Source: Limnothrix sp. BL-A-16 (GTDB taxonomy: Bacteria; Cyanobacteriota; Cyanobacteriia; CACIAM-69d). From it: a DNA stretch of 64,000 nucleotides. Location: contig CP166615.1 of NCBI GenBank assembly GCA_041937175.2, positions 1,824,001-1,888,000 of the forward strand. The letters are read 5' to 3'. The notes under the pieces are model-generated. The model made no database searches and had not been told where the DNA came from. It was given only the letters and a program-made list of their open reading frames with translations. A program made the position numbers and the translations under genes. Positions 46,813-56,602 of this stretch are shown piece by piece (the first letter of the stretch is position 1; each line of letters starts with the position of its first letter).

Positions 46813-47262
46813 TTACCATTTTTTGTAGGGCAGGAATTTTCCATTCATGGTGATCTTCACGCGATCGCCCTTGGGATCTTCCTCTTTTTCAATGTCCAAG
46901 GTGAAGTCGATCGCGCTCATGATCCCATCGCCAAACTTCTCGTGAATCACTGCCTTCATCGGCATGCCATAGACCTGCATGATTTCGTAGAACCGATAGA
47001 TCAGCGGATCGGTGGGAACCACGGGCCCCAGCCCTTTCACCGAAGATTCCGTCAGTTCTGGCACCAAATCTTCACTGAGGCCCAGAGCATTGAGCAGCTT
47101 GCTAGCTTCATCAGCAGAGGCAGAAGCTTGGCGATAGATCACCGCCGCAATCCACACTTCATCCCGACCGATCGCTTGTTCTAGCTCCGTGAAGGTCACG
47201 CCTTTGGCCTTTTTAGCGGCCAAAAGGGTTGCGGTGATTGCGGGAATTTCAGTGGTAGACAT
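46813..47262 (-). CDS. cynS: Cyanase (cyanate hydratase)
   Basis: [38 protein letters not shown]; start ATG 47262. Confidence 0.97.
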   Translation of the reverse strand: MSTTEIPAITATLLAAKKAKGVTFTELEQAIGRDEVWIAAVIYRQASASADEASKLLNALGLSEDLVPELTESSVKGLGPVVPTDPLIYRFYEIMQVYGMPMKAVIHEKFGDGIMSAIDFTLDIEKEEDPKGDRVKITMNGKFLPYKKW

Positions 47263-47334
47263 ACTTTTTCCTCTCAATGTTTGGTTTTTTGTGCTGACTT
47301 GAACAGGGTTAATTCTGTGCGTTGATGGTGATAG

Positions 47335-48216
47335 CTATTTCCGCACCCGAGACTCTTCCACAGCTCGAGTTTCGTAGGAAAGATGCTGCTCCATGGCTGC
47401 TTTCAGTTCGTGGTAGCCCGGATATTGATCCAATTCTTCCCGGCGGCGCGGCCGAGGGAAGGGCACATCCAACACCTGAGCAATCCCCGCAGCGGGCCCC
47501 CGCGTCATCATCACAATTTTGTCAGACAGCAGCAGCGCTTCTTCAATGCTGTGGGTAATCAAAATCACGGTCTTGCGTTCTTGCTCCCAAATTCGCTCAA
47601 TTTCGTCTTGGAGAAAACCACGTGTCAGCGCATCCAAAGCGCCAAACGGTTCATCCATCAACAAAATTTGGGGATTAATGGCTAATGCCCTGGCAATACC
47701 GACCCGTTGCTTCATTCCCCCCGAAAGTTCATGGGGATGTTTTGCTTCAGCACCCCGTAGCCCCACCAGACCGATGTAGTCTTGAACGATCGATTTGCGC
47801 TGGGCAATTCCCATGTTTGGGTAGACCGTTTCCACTGCAAAATCGATGTTTTCGGCAACCGTCATCCAGGGCATCAAGGCATAGTTTTGGAACACCACAC
47901 CGCGATCGGGCCCAGGTGCGGAAACGGGCTGACCATTGATGCTGACTTGTCCCGTGGTGGGCTGAGACAAGCCCGCAATAATGTTCAGCAACGTGGACTT
48001 GCCGCAACCCGACGGCCCAATGATCGAAACGAAGGTGTTAGGCTCCACTTCTAGGTCAATATCTGCGATCGCCACAAAGGGTTTTGAGGTGCGCCGCAGT
48101 AATTTATCCACCGTGCCCATGCGTCCGGGAAACACTTTGGAAATGCCTTGCAGTGTCAGGTGTGCCACTGGGGGTTCAAGGGAGGGGAGCGCCATTTTAG
48201 ATGCAGAAGATTGCAT
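47335..48216 (-). CDS. cynD: Cyanate ABC transporter ATP-binding subunit (NrtD/CmpD family)
   Basis: [32 protein letters not shown]; adjacent to cynS. Confidence 0.88.
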   Translation of the reverse strand: MQSSASKMALPSLEPPVAHLTLQGISKVFPGRMGTVDKLLRRTSKPFVAIADIDLEVEPNTFVSIIGPSGCGKSTLLNIIAGLSQPTTGQVSINGQPVSAPGPDRGVVFQNYALMPWMTVAENIDFAVETVYPNMGIAQRKSIVQDYIGLVGLRGAEAKHPHELSGGMKQRVGIARALAINPQILLMDEPFGALDALTRGFLQDEIERIWEQERKTVILITHSIEEALLLSDKIVMMTRGPAAGIAQVLDVPFPRPRRREELDQYPGYHELKAAMEQHLSYETRAVEESRVRK

Positions 48217-48219
48217 AGG

Positions 48220-49050
48220 TTAAGACCTTTGGCCAAAGGAAACTCGATGCTGCAATACACCAAATAGGTAGTCCATCAATAGCCCCACCAGTCCAACAAT
48301 CAAGATGGCAGTAATGATGCTGGTGATCTTCAAGTTATTCCACTCATTCCAAACGAAATAACCAATTCCACCACTCAACAGAATCTCCGCTGCCACAATC
48401 ACCAACCAGGCAATTCCTAAGCTGATCCGTAGCCCTGAAACAATGTTGGGAGCAGCGGCAGGCAAAATCACCTTGGTAATGATTCGCCAACGGGAAGCGC
48501 CTAAGGTGTGGGCCACATTCAAATAGGCTGGATCCACATTGCTGACCCCAAATTTGGTGTTAATCAAGGTGGGCCAAATGCTGGTGATGGCAATGACAAA
48601 CAGGGCTGTTCTTTCCGAATCTCGCATGAGTGCCAAGCCCAACGGTAGCCAAGCCAACGGAGAAACGGGGCGCAGGATTTGGATGAAGGGGTCAACGGCC
48701 TTGGAAACCACGGACGATAGACCAATCAGAATGCCCAGGGGAATGGCGATCGCCGTGCCAATCAAAAAACCACTCAAAACTCGGCGTAAACTGGTCAATA
48801 ACAAAAGACCAATGCCCTGATCATTCGGCCCATTATCAAAGAATGGGTTTGAGATCCAAAACCAAAGATCAGCGATCGTTTGGCTAGCAGAGGGCATGAT
48901 GGGCAGGAAGAGTTTTACATTTGCCCCTAACTCCCATAGCCCCAAGAACACCAGCAAAATGGTGATGAACAGCAAGAACGCTTGTTGATCGGTATTCAGC
49001 CGAAATGGCTTAACCTTTGATGGAGCAGAGCGGAATACTTCATGGGCCAT
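48220..49050 (-). CDS. cynB: Cyanate ABC transporter permease (NrtB family)
   Basis: PFFDNGPNDQGIG, LRPVSPLAWLP, WLVIVAAE, GIGYFVWNEWN. Confidence 0.88.
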   Translation of the reverse strand: MAHEVFRSAPSKVKPFRLNTDQQAFLLFITILLVFLGLWELGANVKLFLPIMPSASQTIADLWFWISNPFFDNGPNDQGIGLLLLTSLRRVLSGFLIGTAIAIPLGILIGLSSVVSKAVDPFIQILRPVSPLAWLPLGLALMRDSERTALFVIAITSIWPTLINTKFGVSNVDPAYLNVAHTLGASRWRIITKVILPAAAPNIVSGLRISLGIAWLVIVAAEILLSGGIGYFVWNEWNNLKITSIITAILIVGLVGLLMDYLFGVLQHRVSFGQRS

Positions 49051-49064
49051 GATGGTAAACCTCC

Positions 49065-50696
49065 CTAGACTTTAAACTTCTTGATTTGCTCATCCACATA
49101 AGCAGCGGGGTCTTTGGGATCGAAGGTATCGTACTTGAGCTTTTCAGATCGCTCGGCAGTACTGGGCGGGGTTTGACCCAATTCTTTCTGAAGTTCTGCT
49201 GCCAAATCTGTCAGGAAGATATCTTGGGAAATCTTGTCGTAATCGGCCTTGTCTTTGGGCATCAAATCCCAGCGCACCAACTGTGTTGCAATCCACTTGG
49301 AAAAGCTCTTCCAGGGATAGGGATCAAACCCGATTCGATCGGGCACATCTTGGGTATTGCCCAGCCCATCTTCAAACTTGCCGGTTAGCACAGCTTCCAC
49401 CACAGGCAAGGGTTGATTGAGATATTTACGCTCAATCAAAGCTCTGGCAATTTCAGGACGATTAGTTGGCGTATTTGCATAGGCAGCCGCATCAATGATC
49501 GCCTTGTTCACAGCCCGGAAGGTGTTGGGGTTTGCATCAATCCACGGTTGACTAGCGGCAAAAGCACAGCAGGGGTGTCCTTCCCACAGGTCTTTGGTCA
49601 ACATGTGAATGAACCCAACCTGCTCAAAAACAGCCCGTTGATTGAAGGGGTCAGGCATCAACATGGCATCAATTTCACCTGCTGCCATTTTGGCAACACT
49701 GTCCGGCGGTGGCACGGGCGAAATTTGCACATCCTTATCGGGATTCAGCCCCCCCGCCGCTAGGTAATAGCGAATCAGCATATTGTGCATCGAGAAGGGG
49801 AAGGGCACGCCAATTTTAAAGCCCTTGAAGTCTTTGGCTTCCTTCACCTTACCTTTATGCTTAGCAGCAACGGTAATTGCTTGACCATTGATGTTTTCAA
49901 TGCTGGCCAGTTTGATGGGAAATGCTGCTGAACCTAAGCCGAGGGTAATCGCGATCGGCATGGGAGAAAGCATGTGATAAGCATCCAATTCACCCGCGAT
50001 CGCAGAGTCTCGAACCGCAGCCCAGTTGGGCATCTTTTTCACCTGCACATTCAAGCCATATTTGCTGTAGAAACCCAGTGGCTCCGACATCACGATCGGT
50101 GTTGCACAGGTGATGGGAATGAACCCGATCGTTAAATCCTTTTTCTCCAAATTCGTTGGAGCATCAGCCGCAGGGGACTGATCTGTCGTGGGGGCTTGAC
50201 CCTGTTGTGGGCCGCAGCTAGCAGCGGCGATTAATGCTCCAGCCACGACCACCCGTTTTAGGAATTCTCGCCGGCTAAATTCACTGTTGTGAATGGTGTT
50301 GCTAAAAAATTCCGTGGAGTGAACACCGAATGCGGCTGCAAATACTTGATCCAGCCCGCCCGCTTCCTTAATCAGTTCCTGACAAAAGCGCTCTCGCTCT
50401 GGGTTGCCGCCCATTTGTCGCAGCAGCAGCGCTTCTTTCATCTCCACTTCAGTCAGTGTCTTGGCCAGCTCTAGGGTTTCAGGCTGGTACAGGCCCATCC
50501 GAATGAGATCATTAACGAGTTCTGCTGGATCATGGGGCATTCCTTCAGCCGCTTGCCAGTGATCCTGAGGAAAATGAGTTCCTCCGCAGGGACAACGACT
50601 GAGTTCGACTTGAGCCTGAGAGCGAATATCCACTGATGACATGAGCTGCTCCAATTGGTATTGCGCAGGACAACATTCGGGTCTGTTGCTTTGCAC
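49065..50696 (-). CDS. cynA: Cyanate ABC transporter substrate-binding lipoprotein (CmpA/NrtA family) with long N-terminal extension
   Basis: GFIPITCATP, HMLSPMP, ENINGQAI, VPFPFSMHN, PDPFNQRA, GHPCC; internal Tat motif SRREFLK and lipobox AAASC; start GTG 50696 or ATG 50642. Confidence 0.88.
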   Translation of the reverse strand: MQSNRPECCPAQYQLEQLMSSVDIRSQAQVELSRCPCGGTHFPQDHWQAAEGMPHDPAELVNDLIRMGLYQPETLELAKTLTEVEMKEALLLRQMGGNPERERFCQELIKEAGGLDQVFAAAFGVHSTEFFSNTIHNSEFSRREFLKRVVVAGALIAAASCGPQQGQAPTTDQSPAADAPTNLEKKDLTIGFIPITCATPIVMSEPLGFYSKYGLNVQVKKMPNWAAVRDSAIAGELDAYHMLSPMPIAITLGLGSAAFPIKLASIENINGQAITVAAKHKGKVKEAKDFKGFKIGVPFPFSMHNMLIRYYLAAGGLNPDKDVQISPVPPPDSVAKMAAGEIDAMLMPDPFNQRAVFEQVGFIHMLTKDLWEGHPCCAFAASQPWIDANPNTFRAVNKAIIDAAAYANTPTNRPEIARALIERKYLNQPLPVVEAVLTGKFEDGLGNTQDVPDRIGFDPYPWKSFSKWIATQLVRWDLMPKDKADYDKISQDIFLTDLAAELQKELGQTPPSTAERSEKLKYDTFDPKDPAAYVDEQIKKFKV

Positions 50697-50836
50697 AATA
50701 CCAAGGAATAATGGGCGATCGCATTAGAATTTTTTTGGCAAGAGTAGGATTTTTTTTCGCTCTTGAAAGAACAACCAAGGACTCTGTGAGAAATTTAGAA
50801 AGTTCTCATTTGAAAAATAATGCACTGGAAGTCCCT

Positions 50837-50880
50837 AATTTCAAAAAAATCAAGCAAAAAGCGTCAATTTTTCTGAAATT
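50837..50880. promoter_or_regulatory. Imperfect AT-rich inverted repeat upstream of cynA (candidate operator)
   Basis: AATTTCAAAAAAATCAAGC-AAAAA-GCGTCAATTTTTCTGAAATT. Confidence 0.25.
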
Positions 50881-50960
50881 TTGAAATCACATCTGCGCTT
50901 TATGCAGAGATAGTTCTATACACAGATAATTGATCTATTTTGTTGTATTCAATACCATTC

Positions 50961-51737
50961 CTATGCGAATCGTAGTCGCACAGAGTTTCGCCAGGACTGG
51001 GGGGGATTGCCATAGAGCTGACGAAATTGGCGAGTGAAGTAAGCCACATCCGCATAGCCCACTCCCGCTGCAATTTGGCGCACGGGTTGGTCGGTTTCAC
51101 AAAGTAACATCCGCGCCTGGGACATACGGCGTTCCGTAATCCAACGCTTGATGCTGTAGCCCGTTAGCTCTTGGGTCAAATTCGTTAAATAGGCGGGAGA
51201 ATAGCCGACCGCTTTGGCCACATCATTTAACCCGATCGGGCGGTGATAATTAGCTTCAATGAATGCAAATACGGGTGATAAACGAGAACAGTCGGGGAAA
51301 ATTCCGTTTTCGGATTGACCGTTTATTTTGCTTTCTGCTGGAGATGCATGAAAACTCGCTGCCAATTGGGCTTTTCGTTCTAAGCGAGTAGCGATCGCCG
51401 CTAATAATTGCTCAACGCTACAGGGCTTGGTTAAATAATCATCTGCGCCCAATTCCATCCCCTGCCGCAAATCTGCCATGGTTGCTTTGGCAGTGAGAAA
51501 AATGAAGGGAATTGCAGCGGTGGCCGGATGGCGACGAATGGCCGATAGAACGCTGTAGCCATCGAGATCGGGCATCATAATATCGCAGATAATCAAATCT
51601 GGCAGATGCATTTGGGCTAACTTAATCCCGATCGAACCGTTTTCAGCCTCGATCGCGCAAAACCCCTCAAACGTCAGACATCCCATAAAGATGCTGCGGG
51701 TTTGCGCTTCATCCTCAATCACCAAAACTTTTGTCAT
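50961..51737 (-). CDS. Two-component response regulator, receiver + AraC-type HTH
   Basis: VLVIEDE, ICDIMMP, FLTAK, YLTKP; VAKAVGYSPAYL..IAAGVGYADVAYFTRQFR..PQSWR. Confidence 0.93.
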   Translation of the reverse strand: MTKVLVIEDEAQTRSIFMGCLTFEGFCAIEAENGSIGIKLAQMHLPDLIICDIMMPDLDGYSVLSAIRRHPATAAIPFIFLTAKATMADLRQGMELGADDYLTKPCSVEQLLAAIATRLERKAQLAASFHASPAESKINGQSENGIFPDCSRLSPVFAFIEANYHRPIGLNDVAKAVGYSPAYLTNLTQELTGYSIKRWITERRMSQARMLLCETDQPVRQIAAGVGYADVAYFTRQFRQLYGNPPQSWRNSVRLRFA

Positions 51738-51872
51738 GAACTGCCTGATTTACAGTAATGACCTGGGTGGTGTACCATGCCGGCCAAGTTTCGGGCGTAT
51801 TCTCCAAGCCGTGTAGTGTAAGAGGATACACATCCTCATCAGTCGCAAAATTTGTCAGGAATTCTGGACATC

Positions 51873-53141
51873 ATGCGGCAATATTATTGGTCACAGCCTG
51901 TTTCAAAGCCGACCACGACACCGGCCGAGGCGCATCTCTCCGCATTGCGAGCATCACCGGAAACCGACCTAGAAACCCTGCGTCGCCAGCATGAGCTAAT
52001 CCTGAATGCGGTGGGAGAGGGGGTCTATGGGCTGGATTTAGCAGGTCGAGTAACCTTTGTGAATCCAGCGGCGGCCAGCATGATTGGTTGGGAAATTCAG
52101 GACTTGATTGGTCAGTCCATGCATTCGGTTTTGCATCATTCCAAACCCGATGGCCAACCCTATCCCATCCATGACTGCCCAATTTATCAAGCTTTTCAAG
52201 ATGGACGAATTCATCGTGCCAATACGGAAGTTTTTTGGCGCAAGGATGGATCGAGCTTTCCCGTTGAATATATCAGCACACCCATGCAAGATCAGCAGGG
52301 AAATGTGATTGGAACGGTGGTTACCTTCCAAGACATTACCCAACGAAAATGGGCAGAAACTTTGTTACAGCGAACCAATGAAGAGCTTGAGTTAAAAGTG
52401 CGCGATCGCACGGCTCAACTTCATCGTGCCAATCAAGAATTACAAGAATTAAATGATCTCAAATCTCGCTTTGTTTCGATGGTTTGTCATGAATTTCGCA
52501 ATCCGCTCAATAATATTTTGCTGTCAGCATCATCACTTGACCGTTACGATGCACAACTTTCCCATGAGCAGCGTCAAAATTATCTTCAGGGAGTCAAGAA
52601 CGATGTAGAGCGCATGACTCAAATGATTGATGACATTCTAGTGATTGGTAAAACTGAGGCTCATAAGCTAATGGTTCAACCTCAGCCGATCGAGCTAGTG
52701 CGGTTTTGCCATAGCCTGGTAGCAGAAATGCAAGCGACATCTGATCAACAATCACTATTGGTGTTGAGTCGGCATCGCCACCTGATGGCCAACTTAGACG
52801 AAAAATTATTGCGATCGATTCTGACCAATATTCTCTCTAATTCAATTCGATACTCTCATCATCATCAAAGCCCAATTTATTTGCGGCTATCAAAGCGCAG
52901 CGATCAGGTAACGTTCCAAATTTGCGATCAAGGTATCGGCATTCCCCGCGAAGATTTACCCCACCTCTTTGAACCTTTTCGTCGAGGTAAAAACGTCAGC
53001 AATATTCCTGGAACTGGGTTGGGTTTGAATATTGTCAAGCGGTTTGTAGACTTGCAGCATGGAACAATCAAAGTAGATAGCAAGCTAAATGTGGGGACGA
53101 CTTTTAAAATTACGTTGCCGCTTGGTTGGAGCAAAGTATAA
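51873..53141 (+). CDS. Soluble PAS/PAC-domain sensor histidine kinase
   Basis: EGVYGLD..VTFVNPAA..LHHSKPDG..CPIY..FWRKDGSSFPVEY; CHEFRNPL; NILSNSIRYS; DQGIG; GTGLGL; no transmembrane helix; start ATG 51873. Confidence 0.93.
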   Translation: MRQYYWSQPVSKPTTTPAEAHLSALRASPETDLETLRRQHELILNAVGEGVYGLDLAGRVTFVNPAAASMIGWEIQDLIGQSMHSVLHHSKPDGQPYPIHDCPIYQAFQDGRIHRANTEVFWRKDGSSFPVEYISTPMQDQQGNVIGTVVTFQDITQRKWAETLLQRTNEELELKVRDRTAQLHRANQELQELNDLKSRFVSMVCHEFRNPLNNILLSASSLDRYDAQLSHEQRQNYLQGVKNDVERMTQMIDDILVIGKTEAHKLMVQPQPIELVRFCHSLVAEMQATSDQQSLLVLSRHRHLMANLDEKLLRSILTNILSNSIRYSHHHQSPIYLRLSKRSDQVTFQICDQGIGIPREDLPHLFEPFRRGKNVSNIPGTGLGLNIVKRFVDLQHGTIKVDSKLNVGTTFKITLPLGWSKV

Positions 53142-53170
53142 AAGTAGGTCAATGGTTCATCGATCAATCA

Positions 53171-53641
53171 CTAAGGGTGAAGCCAGTATTCTATGCAGTT
53201 CTCTAGAGTTTTAGTGTCAACAACTAACTGAATTTCTAGCGCCTGTTGAATCTCGAGGGAAATTTGGCAAAGCCTTTTCCATTGAGTGGTTTTGAAGCAG
53301 TTGCTGTAGTTCGATTTTTGAAAAGAATATTGATCTATAATCTCATTAGTTATTTCTAGTAATTGATCAATAAAAATTGTCAGTTTTTTTACGTCCTCAC
53401 TGTCTGACTGGTCTTTTACAATCAAGAGCCGAATCGAAATTGAATTTAAGTGGGCCTTGTAAGCATTAACCAAAACTTCAATTGCGCTGCGCGTGATTAG
53501 GTCTCCCTCTGGAAAGTCATATTTTCTCTCCTTCAGTCTTGGCAAGATGGCAACTTGTCCTAATTCAGGCAATCCAAAAAAAGCAATGAGAGGAGCTATG
53601 GTTTTCAGCTTATTTTGAATTTCTTCGTTCAATTGCAGCAT
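53171..53641 (-). CDS. Hypothetical protein (AT-rich, helical)
   Basis: 156-codon ORF in AT-rich DNA from ATG 53641; no recognised motif. Confidence 0.55.
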   Translation of the reverse strand: MLQLNEEIQNKLKTIAPLIAFFGLPELGQVAILPRLKERKYDFPEGDLITRSAIEVLVNAYKAHLNSISIRLLIVKDQSDSEDVKKLTIFIDQLLEITNEIIDQYSFQKSNYSNCFKTTQWKRLCQISLEIQQALEIQLVVDTKTLENCIEYWLHP

Positions 53642-53716
53642 AGTAACAAGTTGATTGTGGTTTATAAAAAAACTTAAAACAATGAAACACAAAAAGCTAT
53701 TACATCAACGTAGATG

Positions 53717-53830
53717 TCAAGTTTCCAAGTTCTGAATAATCTTAACTGCGCGATCGACTCCATTTTCTGTGCGAATTCTTTGGCCTAACTCTGCTGCATG
53801 ATGGTGAATCTTGGGATCGTCAAGAACCTT
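53717..53830 (-). pseudogene. C-terminal remnant of a GT-B (GT1/GT28-like) glycosyltransferase
   Basis: My translation KVLDDPKIHHHAAELGQRIRTENGVDRAVKIIQNLET*; no start codon, in-frame TAA immediately upstream. Confidence 0.55.
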
Positions 53831-54101
53831 TTAAATGGGTAATTTCTCGTTATTTCTAGTGATCTTGATTGATTTTCGTTGATTTTTTCGACTTCTATCA
53901 ATTTCTACTGATCTCTGACCGACTTTGATCGGTTTTGATCGATCGGTTAATGGATATCTCAGGGGAGATCTAAATTGAGGCTGGCTGGCTGGTCAGTTGC
54001 AGAGATTCAGAGGATTGGTTGCATAGGGATCGGGCGATCGCGCTAGAATCGGCTCCAATGTGCTATTTCAAGGGCCGATGGGCAACACCACCGACTCCTG
54101 C

Positions 54102-54683
54102 ATGTCCCAATACGATATTCCGGCGCTGATCGCTGGCTATTCGCGCGGCTATTTTTTAATGGCCGATGAAACGGGTAACGATTTGGGCTGGTATTGCAGC
54201 CGGGAGCGGACGCTGATTCCGCTAGACGATCGCTTCCGATATCCCAAGTCCCTGCGGCGAGTGCTGAATCAGAATCGGTTTACGGTGGCGATCGATCGAG
54301 CATTTCGGGATGTGGTGGAAGGCTGTGCCGATCGGGACACCACTTGGATCTCGGAAGAGCTAAAGGAAATTTATTGGGCGCTCCATTGCGCTGGCTATGC
54401 CCACAGTTTTGAAACCTGGCAGGGCGACCACCTGGCCGGCGGCATTTTGGGGATTGTGATTGGTGGGGCGTTCATTGGCGAATCGATGTTTTATCAAATT
54501 CCCGATGGCTCAAAGGTGGCAATGGTCAAGCTGGTTGAGCATCTGCGCCGTCGAGATTTTCTGTTGTTTGATGCCCAAATGATGAATCCACACTTGGAAC
54601 GATTTGGGGCTTACAACATCCGCGATCGCCACTATGAGGTGCTGTTGCATCGCGCAACCCAGCATCGCTGCTCATTTTGCTAG
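54102..54683 (+). CDS. aat: Leucyl/phenylalanyl-tRNA--protein transferase
   Basis: GYSRGYFLMA, TWIS, GYAHSFETW, LAGG..G..IGGAFIGESMF, SKVA, HLERFGA; start 54078 or 54102. Confidence 0.95.
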   Translation: MSQYDIPALIAGYSRGYFLMADETGNDLGWYCSRERTLIPLDDRFRYPKSLRRVLNQNRFTVAIDRAFRDVVEGCADRDTTWISEELKEIYWALHCAGYAHSFETWQGDHLAGGILGIVIGGAFIGESMFYQIPDGSKVAMVKLVEHLRRRDFLLFDAQMMNPHLERFGAYNIRDRHYEVLLHRATQHRCSFC

Positions 54684-54862
54684 ACCTTTTGCCAGGGGCT
54701 AGCAAAGCAGTTAGCCAGTTTGAAAAAGTCAGGAACCAAAAAGCGATCGACTCCCCTGTTTCAGGAATCGATCGCCTTGCTCAAAACGGCTAGTTCTGTT
54801 GGAATTCGCTCCGCAGGCTACCGCTCATTGGGCGGTAACCAATGGGGATCGATTGAGATCGA

Positions 54863-55732
54863 CTACCGACGGCGGAAGCTGCCAAAGCTCGATCGCATCC
54901 GCACGGGCGATCGCCCAAAGCTGCTGCCAAAGCTGCTGCGTGGCCGGGGAGCCGCCACGCGGCGGTTAGGGGTGCTGCGGAAGGTGCTGCTCCCAAAGCC
55001 GGAGCCAGTGGCCTTGGCTCGGTTGTTGGCGGCCGGGCGGTTCAGCCCCGTGGCGTTGCGAGCCACATTGCCGGTGGCGCGGAACTGCTGGCGGTTACGC
55101 TCAGCCACAGGGGCAGCGTTGTAGCGGTTTTGATAGCTGCTGATGGCATCACCGTAGCTGCGACCATAGCCGCCATAGCCCACCAAGGGGCGACCGGGCA
55201 GATAGGCGGGGGGCAACACGTAATGGGGCGCAAACAGAGCATTCGCCACCACTTGACCCGCGATCGCCCCCGCAAAGGGCGACCAGAAGCTAGACTCACG
55301 GCGAACAATCACCGTTTGTTGCTCACCCGTTTGGGGATTGGTTTGGACAGCGGTTTCGCTATGGAGATATTCGATTTTGAAGTCTTCGTTGAGGTACAGC
55401 ACGGGCTGACCATCTTTCATGGCCAGGTAGGGCTTTTTCCCTTGGGCGATCGCCTCGTCATCCAACCGGGCCATCTGCAACTCAGAGGTACGAAAAACCG
55501 GCGAAGCACCAGCGGGCGTGTTTAACAGCATCAGGGCATATTCCCCCGTGCCGTCGTCATAGGCGGCCTGCTGAACTGGATAGTCGCCCGTGGGCAGGGA
55601 TTTGGCAGCACTGGGCGCGGCGGCCACAATAGCGCTGGGCAAAGCTTCCGCCCGCACCACCATTGGTGAGCCGGTGATCGTGACCCAGGCGATCGCGATC
55701 GCCAGTACCAAAGCCAATAATTTTCGGAGCAT
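54863..55732 (-). CDS. Conserved-type cyanobacterial exported protein with Arg/Gly/Ser-rich tail
   Basis: Signal peptide; YPVQQA.YDD.TGEY.LMLLN; SSFWSPFAGA; GYGGYG; GSGFGSS..SFGS tail. Confidence 0.75.
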   Translation of the reverse strand: MLRKLLALVLAIAIAWVTITGSPMVVRAEALPSAIVAAAPSAAKSLPTGDYPVQQAAYDDGTGEYALMLLNTPAGASPVFRTSELQMARLDDEAIAQGKKPYLAMKDGQPVLYLNEDFKIEYLHSETAVQTNPQTGEQQTVIVRRESSFWSPFAGAIAGQVVANALFAPHYVLPPAYLPGRPLVGYGGYGRSYGDAISSYQNRYNAAPVAERNRQQFRATGNVARNATGLNRPAANNRAKATGSGFGSSTFRSTPNRRVAAPRPRSSFGSSFGRSPVRMRSSFGSFRRR

Positions 55733-55999
55733 AGGGCTATCTCAAAACAACAAAATCACGCTTGAGGCCATTGGGCGGCCAAGAAGCTGAGTCCTGTGGG
55801 CCAAGCCGGCAATGGGCCAAGTCTGCAATCCGCCAGCAGCGAATCGATCGCGCGGTGACGGCCGAACCAAGGGCCGCAGCCCCAAAACAGCAAGCCAAAA
55901 CAGCAAGCAATCATTGATTAAAAAAGACCGACCCTGATTCCTCGGATTGCGATTCCGATGGGACGGCATTCCTCCAAAAGCCCCCCGAAGCGGGAGTTT

Positions 56000-56602
56000 C
56001 TACAGCGGAATCAGTTCTGGGAAATTTTGCAGGAGCTGATCATTCGTTAGCTCATCTCCCAGGCGGGCAGGGGCAAAGTGTACCTGCACGGCCCGCAATT
56101 TTTGATTGTAGTGGAGGTTTGCCAGGGCCTTGAGACCCGTTGCTAAGGCTTCAGAATCGGCCAAATTGGTTTCGAGGCTGGGGACTTCGCCTTCATAGCC
56201 CACCGTCAACATCACCAACAGGTTGCTCGTGGCCGGGAGGGTCAGCAGGTCGTCATCCAGTTGACTGGGCAAATCCAGGTCAGGTTGGCTGAGATAGCGG
56301 GCCGCCGAGTCGGTGAATAGATCATTGAACCGATCGCCCGCTTCTCCTTCATCCCAAAACACGTCCCCCTCATTGCTGGCGGACTGCCAATAGGTTCGAT
56401 ATTGCAGCAGGCTTTCGCAAAGGTCTGACAGGCCCTGGCCCAAAACGTCCAAGTCCCCTTCCGCTTCGATCGCCTCCCGCGCAATTTGGTTGAGCTTGCC
56501 CAGCAAGGGGGCCACTTCTGACCCAGCTAGATGCACAAAAATGCGGGTGACGACGAAGCGGCTTTTGCCCGTCAGTCGATTCCACTGATCACCTAAACTC
56601 AT
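56000..56602 (-). CDS. DUF1517-like protein
   Basis: RFVVTRIFVHLAG, YWQSASNEGDVFWDEGEAGD, V.F.P..GDELT.DQLL.NFPELIPL. Confidence 0.78.
   Translation of the reverse strand: MSLGDQWNRLTGKSRFVVTRIFVHLAGSEVAPLLGKLNQIAREAIEAEGDLDVLGQGLSDLCESLLQYRTYWQSASNEGDVFWDEGEAGDRFNDLFTDSAARYLSQPDLDLPSQLDDDLLTLPATSNLLVMLTVGYEGEVPSLETNLADSEALATGLKALANLHYNQKLRAVQVHFAPARLGDELTNDQLLQNFPELIPL

Noticed and set aside
47335..50696. ABC genes as nrtABD or cmpABD
   Set aside because: No NrtC/CmpC fused subunit and no nirA/narB; directly linked to cynS. Secondary nitrite transport cannot be excluded
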